DNA from: Vicinamibacteria bacterium
Lineage (GTDB): Bacteria > Acidobacteriota > Vicinamibacteria > Vicinamibacterales > JAENWD01
Reading direction: 5' to 3'
Length of the DNA: 64,000 nucleotides
Assembly: GCA_963787035.1 (NCBI GenBank)
Contig: CAWBBN010000009.1
Coordinates: 28,830 to 92,829, forward strand
In this document: piece by piece, positions 60,119 to 64,000 of the stretch
How positions within the stretch are numbered: position 1 is the first letter of the stretch
How the letters are laid out: each line of letters starts with the position of its first letter
The notes under the pieces: generated by a model
The model's input: the letters and a program-made list of their open reading frames with translations, nothing else
Database searches by the model: none
What the model was told of the DNA's origin: nothing
Program-made: the position numbers and the translations under genes

Positions 60119-61788
60119 ATGTCACGCCTGCTCGCGGCGCTCATCTCCATCGGGCTTCTCGCTCGAGCGGACGCGCCGCGGGTCGAATTCGCCGACGTCA
60201 CGAAGGCCGTCGGCGTCGCCTTCACGCACGCGAACTCCGCGACGTCCAGCAAATATCTGGTCGAGACGATGGGCGGCGGCGTGGCGCTCGTCGACTACGA
60301 CAACGACGGACGGCTGGACATCTTCTTCACGAACGGCGCCCGCATCGACGACCCGATGCCCGAGGGCAAGCGGCCGGACAAGACGGACCAGAAGTTCTGG
60401 AACCGCCTCTATCACCAGTCCAGCGACGGCACGTTCGTCGACGTCACCGAGCGGGCCGGGCTCTCCGGCATGCCGCAGAACCTCTACGGCATGGGCGTCG
60501 CCGTCGGCGACTACGACAACGACGGCTTCGAGGATCTCTACGTCACGAGCTACGGCGGCAACACGCTGTATCACAACAACGGCAACGGGACCTTCACGGA
60601 CGTGACGACGCGTGCGGGCGTGGGCGCCGGGGGATGGAGCGCGAGCGCCGGCTTCTTCGACTACGACAACGACGGCAAGCTCGATCTGTTCGTGACGCGG
60701 TACGTGGACTGGTCGTTCCAGAACAATCGCTACTGCGGCGAGAAGGCGCCGGGCCTGCGCGCGTACTGCCATCCCGACAACTACAACGGCGTCGCGAACC
60801 TCCTGTTCCACAACAACGGCGACGGCACGTTCACCGACGTCTCGGCGAAGGCAGGCATCGCCGATCCGCAGGGCAAGGGGCTCGGTGTGTCATTTGCCGA
60901 CTACGACCGCGATGGCTGGATGGACGTCTACGTGGCGAACGACTCCGTCCAGTCGTTCCTGTACCGCAACAACGGCAACGGCACGTTCTCCGAGACGGGG
61001 CTCCTGGCCGGCGTCGGCTTCAACGAGGACGGCAAGACGTTCGCCGGGATGGGCGTCGACTTCGCCGACTACGACAACGACGGGCGTCCCGATCTGGTCG
61101 TCACCGACCTCTCAAACGAGCGATACCGCCTCTTCCGACACAACGGCGACGGCACGTTCAGGGACGTCACGCACAGCTCGGGCGTCGGCGCGGCCACCCT
61201 GCCCTTCTCGGGCTGGAGCACGGGGTTCCTCGACTACGACAACGACGGCTGGAAGGACATCTTCGTCGCGCAGGGGCACGTCATGGACACGATCGAGAAG
61301 ACGTCGCCCAACCTGCGGTACGAGCAGCCGCCCCTGCTGCTCCGGAACGACGCCGGCCGCTTCACCCGGGTCGTCGCCGGCGAGGCCTTCGAGCATCCGT
61401 GGGCGGGCCGCGGCGCCGCCTTCGGCGATCTCGACAACGACGGCGACGTCGACATCGTCGTCAGCAACGTCGGTCAACCGGCGATGGTGCTCAGGAACGA
61501 TGGCGGCAACAGGAACAACTGGCTCGCGATCACGACTGTCGGGACGCGCTCGAACCGGGACGGCCTTGGATGCCAGGTCAAGGTCGTCTCAGGGACCGGC
61601 CTGACCCAGTACTTCAGCGTCGGGACGGCAGTCGGCTATCTCTCGGCGAGCGACAAGCGACTTCTGGTGGGCCTTGGCAGCGAGACCACCGCCGCGCTGG
61701 TCGAGATTCGATGGCCGTCGGGGATTGTCCAGACGTTCGAGAAAGTCCCGGCGCGTCAGACGCTGGTCGCGACGAGCCGGCGAAGTAG
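60119..61788 (+). CDS. CRTAC1 / ASPIC-UnbV family protein 3, Sec signal; frame change at the extreme C-terminus
   Basis: ETMGGGVALVDYDNDGRLD, SNRDGLG, GYLSASDKRLLVGLG, IRWPSG. Confidence 0.92.
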
Positions 61789-61794
61789 CCGCCG

Positions 61795-62732
61795 CTACCG
61801 AATCGACCTTGTCGAGCGCCTAGGCGCGCGGCAGCACTGCTCGGCTTCCTTCTTGGTGCGTCCCTTCCGAGCTTGCGAGCACTTCGCCCTGCACGCGCAC
61901 GGTGACGTGAAAGCGCTTGTCGTGATCGGGCCCCTGCTCCGAGGTGACCTCGTAGTCGGGCAGCGGACGCCCTGATGCCTGGAGCCGCTCCTGCAGCGCC
62001 GACTTGAAGTCGCGCAGGAAGTCGGGCGACCGCACGTGCTCGATCTCTTCGGCGAGCTCCTGCAGGATGAAATCGCGGGCCGCATCGATGCCGCCATCGA
62101 GGTAGATCGCGGCGATCACCGCTTCGCAGCCGTCGGCCAGCAGCGCCTGCTTCTGTCGTCCGCCCGTCTTCTCTTCCCCGCGTCCGAGGAGCAGGTAGGC
62201 GCCGAGCCCGATCTTCTGCGCCAGCTCCGCGAGCGCCGTCGTCGAGACGAGCGCCGCTTTCGCCTTGGACTTCTGCCCTTCGTCGAAGTGCGGGAACTCG
62301 CGATACAGCAGATCCGCGACGACGAAGCCGAGCACGGCGTCGCCGAGGAACTCCAGCGACTCGTTGTCGACGACGCCGCCGGTGGCGTCTTCGTGCGCCT
62401 TGGACTTGTGCGTCAGCGCGTGCTCGAGCAGCCCGACATCCCGGAAGCGATAGCCCAGCCGCCGCTCGAGGGCGCGCACGGATCGCTCGAGCGGCACGAC
62501 GACGCCGCCGGGCATGTGGTCCTGGTGCTCCGCGATGATGCGCAGCGCAGTCGTCCGCCTGATCCGGCGGCACGGCGACGCTCACTGCGACCAGCCCCTC
62601 GACGTTGAACGGAAACACGGACGGCCCCGGCCCGGTCGACGGAATCGAGCGGATGCCGTGCGTCTCGAGCAGGCCCCGCACCACCGAGGCCTCAATCTCC
62701 GAGTGCGTCCGAAAGACGATAGGCCAGTCCAT
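61795..62732 (-). CDS. rnc: Ribonuclease III with an apparent N-terminal DUF2007-like domain; frame changes near 62548 and 61870
   Basis: ALTHKS, NESLEFLGDAVL, DEGQKS, LADGCEAVIAAIYLDGG, DFKSALQE, GPDHDKRF, GRTKKEAEQ. Confidence 0.92.
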
Positions 62733-62844
62733 AGGTGAAACTTGAAATAGGGAATAGGGAATAGGAAATAGGACAGAAAGATGCACCCTTCGGCGAGGCT
62801 CTGGCTCTTTTCCTATTTGCTATTTCCTATTTGCTATTTCACCT
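62733..62844 (-). repeat. Inverted pair of heptamer arrays forming a long hairpin in the rnc leader
   Basis: (A/G)AATAGG x4 at 62745-62772 versus (C/G)CTATTT x4 at 62812-62839; also AGGTGAAA 62733-62740 versus TTTCACCT 62837-62844. Confidence 0.85.
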
Positions 62845-64000
62845 CATACACCACCTTTCCGCCGACGACCGTCATCACCGGGTGTGTCTCGAGAATCTCC
62901 CTGGGCGGCACGTCGAAGATCGGCTTCGAGAGGACGACGAAGTCCGCGAGGTAGCCGGGCTGCAGGCGGCCCTTCCGGTCGTCGGTGAACTCCGCATACG
63001 CCGACCCGGCCGTGTAGTACTCGACGGCCTGCGCCAGCGTGATGCGCTCCTCGGGGAACCAGCCGTCCGGCGGCGTGCCGTCGGGGAACTGCCGCGTGAC
63101 CGCCGCGTAAAGGCCGATCATCGGGTTCAGCGGCTCGACGAACCAGTCGGTGCCGAATGACAGGCGCACCCCGGCGTCCACGAACGACTTGAAGTTGTAG
63201 GCGAACCGCGAGCGCTCGCGGCCGATGCGCTTCTCGGCCCAGTGCATGTCGTCGATGCAGTGGCTCGGCTGAATCGACGCGATCACGCCGAGCGACGCGA
63301 ATCGCGCCTTGTCCTGGGGCAGCACGACCTGCGCGTGCTCGATGCGCGGGCGCCGGTCCCGGAGGCCGCGCTCCTTCTCGAGCTTCGCGATGATGTCGAG
63401 GACCATCGCGTTCGCGCGGTCGCCGATCGCGTGCACCACGAGCTGGAAGCCGGCGGCGTCGGCGTCGAACATCGCCTTCTCGAGCTCGTCGGGCGCATGA
63501 ATCAGCAGGCCTGACGTCGATGGGTCGTCCGCGTACGGCGCGTAGAAGGCCGCCGTGCCCGACCCCATGGCGCCGTCCGCGAAGAACTTCCGCCCGCCGA
63601 TGCGCAGCCAGTCGTCCCCGAACCCGGTCGTCACGCCGGCGGCGACAGCCCGTCGATGTTGTGGTTCTGAATGGACGTGATGCGCACTGGCAGCTCGCCC
63701 CGCGCGCGCAGCGTCTGGTACGCGCGCAGCTCGGTGCCGCTCGCCGTCATGTCCTGCACGGTCGTCACGCCGACCGAGGCCGCGTGCTTCAGCGCGGCAC
63801 GCGCCCGCTCCATCGTCTCTTCGAGCGTCGCCGGCGGCATGACCTTCGTGATCAGGTCGTTGGCGTTGTCCTTGAGGATGCCGGTCGGCTCCCCTGCGGC
63901 GTCCTTCACGATCGCGCCGCCGCTCGGGACGGGCGTATCGCGCGTGATGCCGGCCAGCTTCAGCGCCAGGCTGTTGGCCAGCCCCATGTGCCCGTCGAGG
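62834..64000 (-). CDS. Amidohydrolase 3 (YtcJ-like), 5' end outside the window; frame change near 63640
   Basis: DGHMGLANS.AL, GEPTGILKD, KFFADGAMGS, HAIGDRA, RIEHAQ, FGTDW, G.LADFVVL. Confidence 0.92.
   Translation of the reverse strand, partial: PRRAHGAGQQPGAEAGRHHARYARPERRRDREGRRRGADRHPQGQRQRPDHEGHAAGDARRDDGAGACRAEARGLGRRDDRAGHDGERHRAARVPDAARAGRAASAHHVHSEPQHRRAVAAGVTTGFGDDWLRIGGRKFFADGAMGSGTAAFYAPYADDPSTSGLLIHAPDELEKAMFDADAAGFQLVVHAIGDRANAMVLDIIAKLEKERGLRDRRPRIEHAQVVLPQDKARFASLGVIASIQPSHCIDDMHWAEKRIGRERSRFAYNFKSFVDAGVRLSFGTDWFVEPLNPMIGLYAAVTRQFPDGTPPDGWFPEERITLAQAVEYYTAGSAYAEFTDDRKGRLQPGYLADFVVLSKPIFDVPPREILETHPVMTVVGGKVVYEVK

Noticed and set aside
54700-61500. Recurring GACTACGACAACGACGG / AACAACGGCGACGGCACGTTCACCGACGT DNA repeats as CRISPR or DGR template/variable repeats
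   Set aside because: They encode FG-GAP DxDNDG and NNGDGTFTDV blade motifs; no reverse transcriptase and no adenine-specific variation pattern.

Overview
High-GC bacterial window. Its gene content (two acidobacterial-type VWA proteins, an Oar-like TonB-dependent receptor, CRTAC1/ASPIC-UnbV propellers) suggests Acidobacteriota, probably Vicinamibacteria; this taxonomy is an inference. Many genes are split by single-base frame changes, most likely long-read assembly errors, so several CDS limits are stitched by eye. Left to right: an M28 peptidase; a surface-glycosylation operon (GT-C, 3x GT2, FAD oxidoreductase, Gfo/Idh/MocA, flippase); a signal-peptide-bearing AGE epimerase and ispA; VOC, DinB, ppk1, a methyltransferase and gluconokinase; a SAM-decarboxylase / exosortase-like / GT-C / truncated methyltransferase unit; tandem VWA proteins with DsbD-N and DUF1223; transporters, a PilZ protein, purA and hutH-hutU-ATPase/wHTH; a ~19 kb LacI-controlled, SusD-less carbohydrate locus (GH51, TBDR, 2 TPR, 3 CRTAC1, second GH51); a DUF2007-like-RNase III fusion with a long leader hairpin; and an amidohydrolase. 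Intergenic DNA carries several short repeat families (GTAG-type REPs, heptamer arrays, GCGAAGC hairpin array, CACAGA repeats). No rRNA, tRNA, CRISPR array or transposase was seen. Best candidates for an undescribed system are the TBDR-TPR-CRTAC1-GH51 locus, the decarboxylase-coupled exosortase-like unit, and the rnc fusion with its leader stem.
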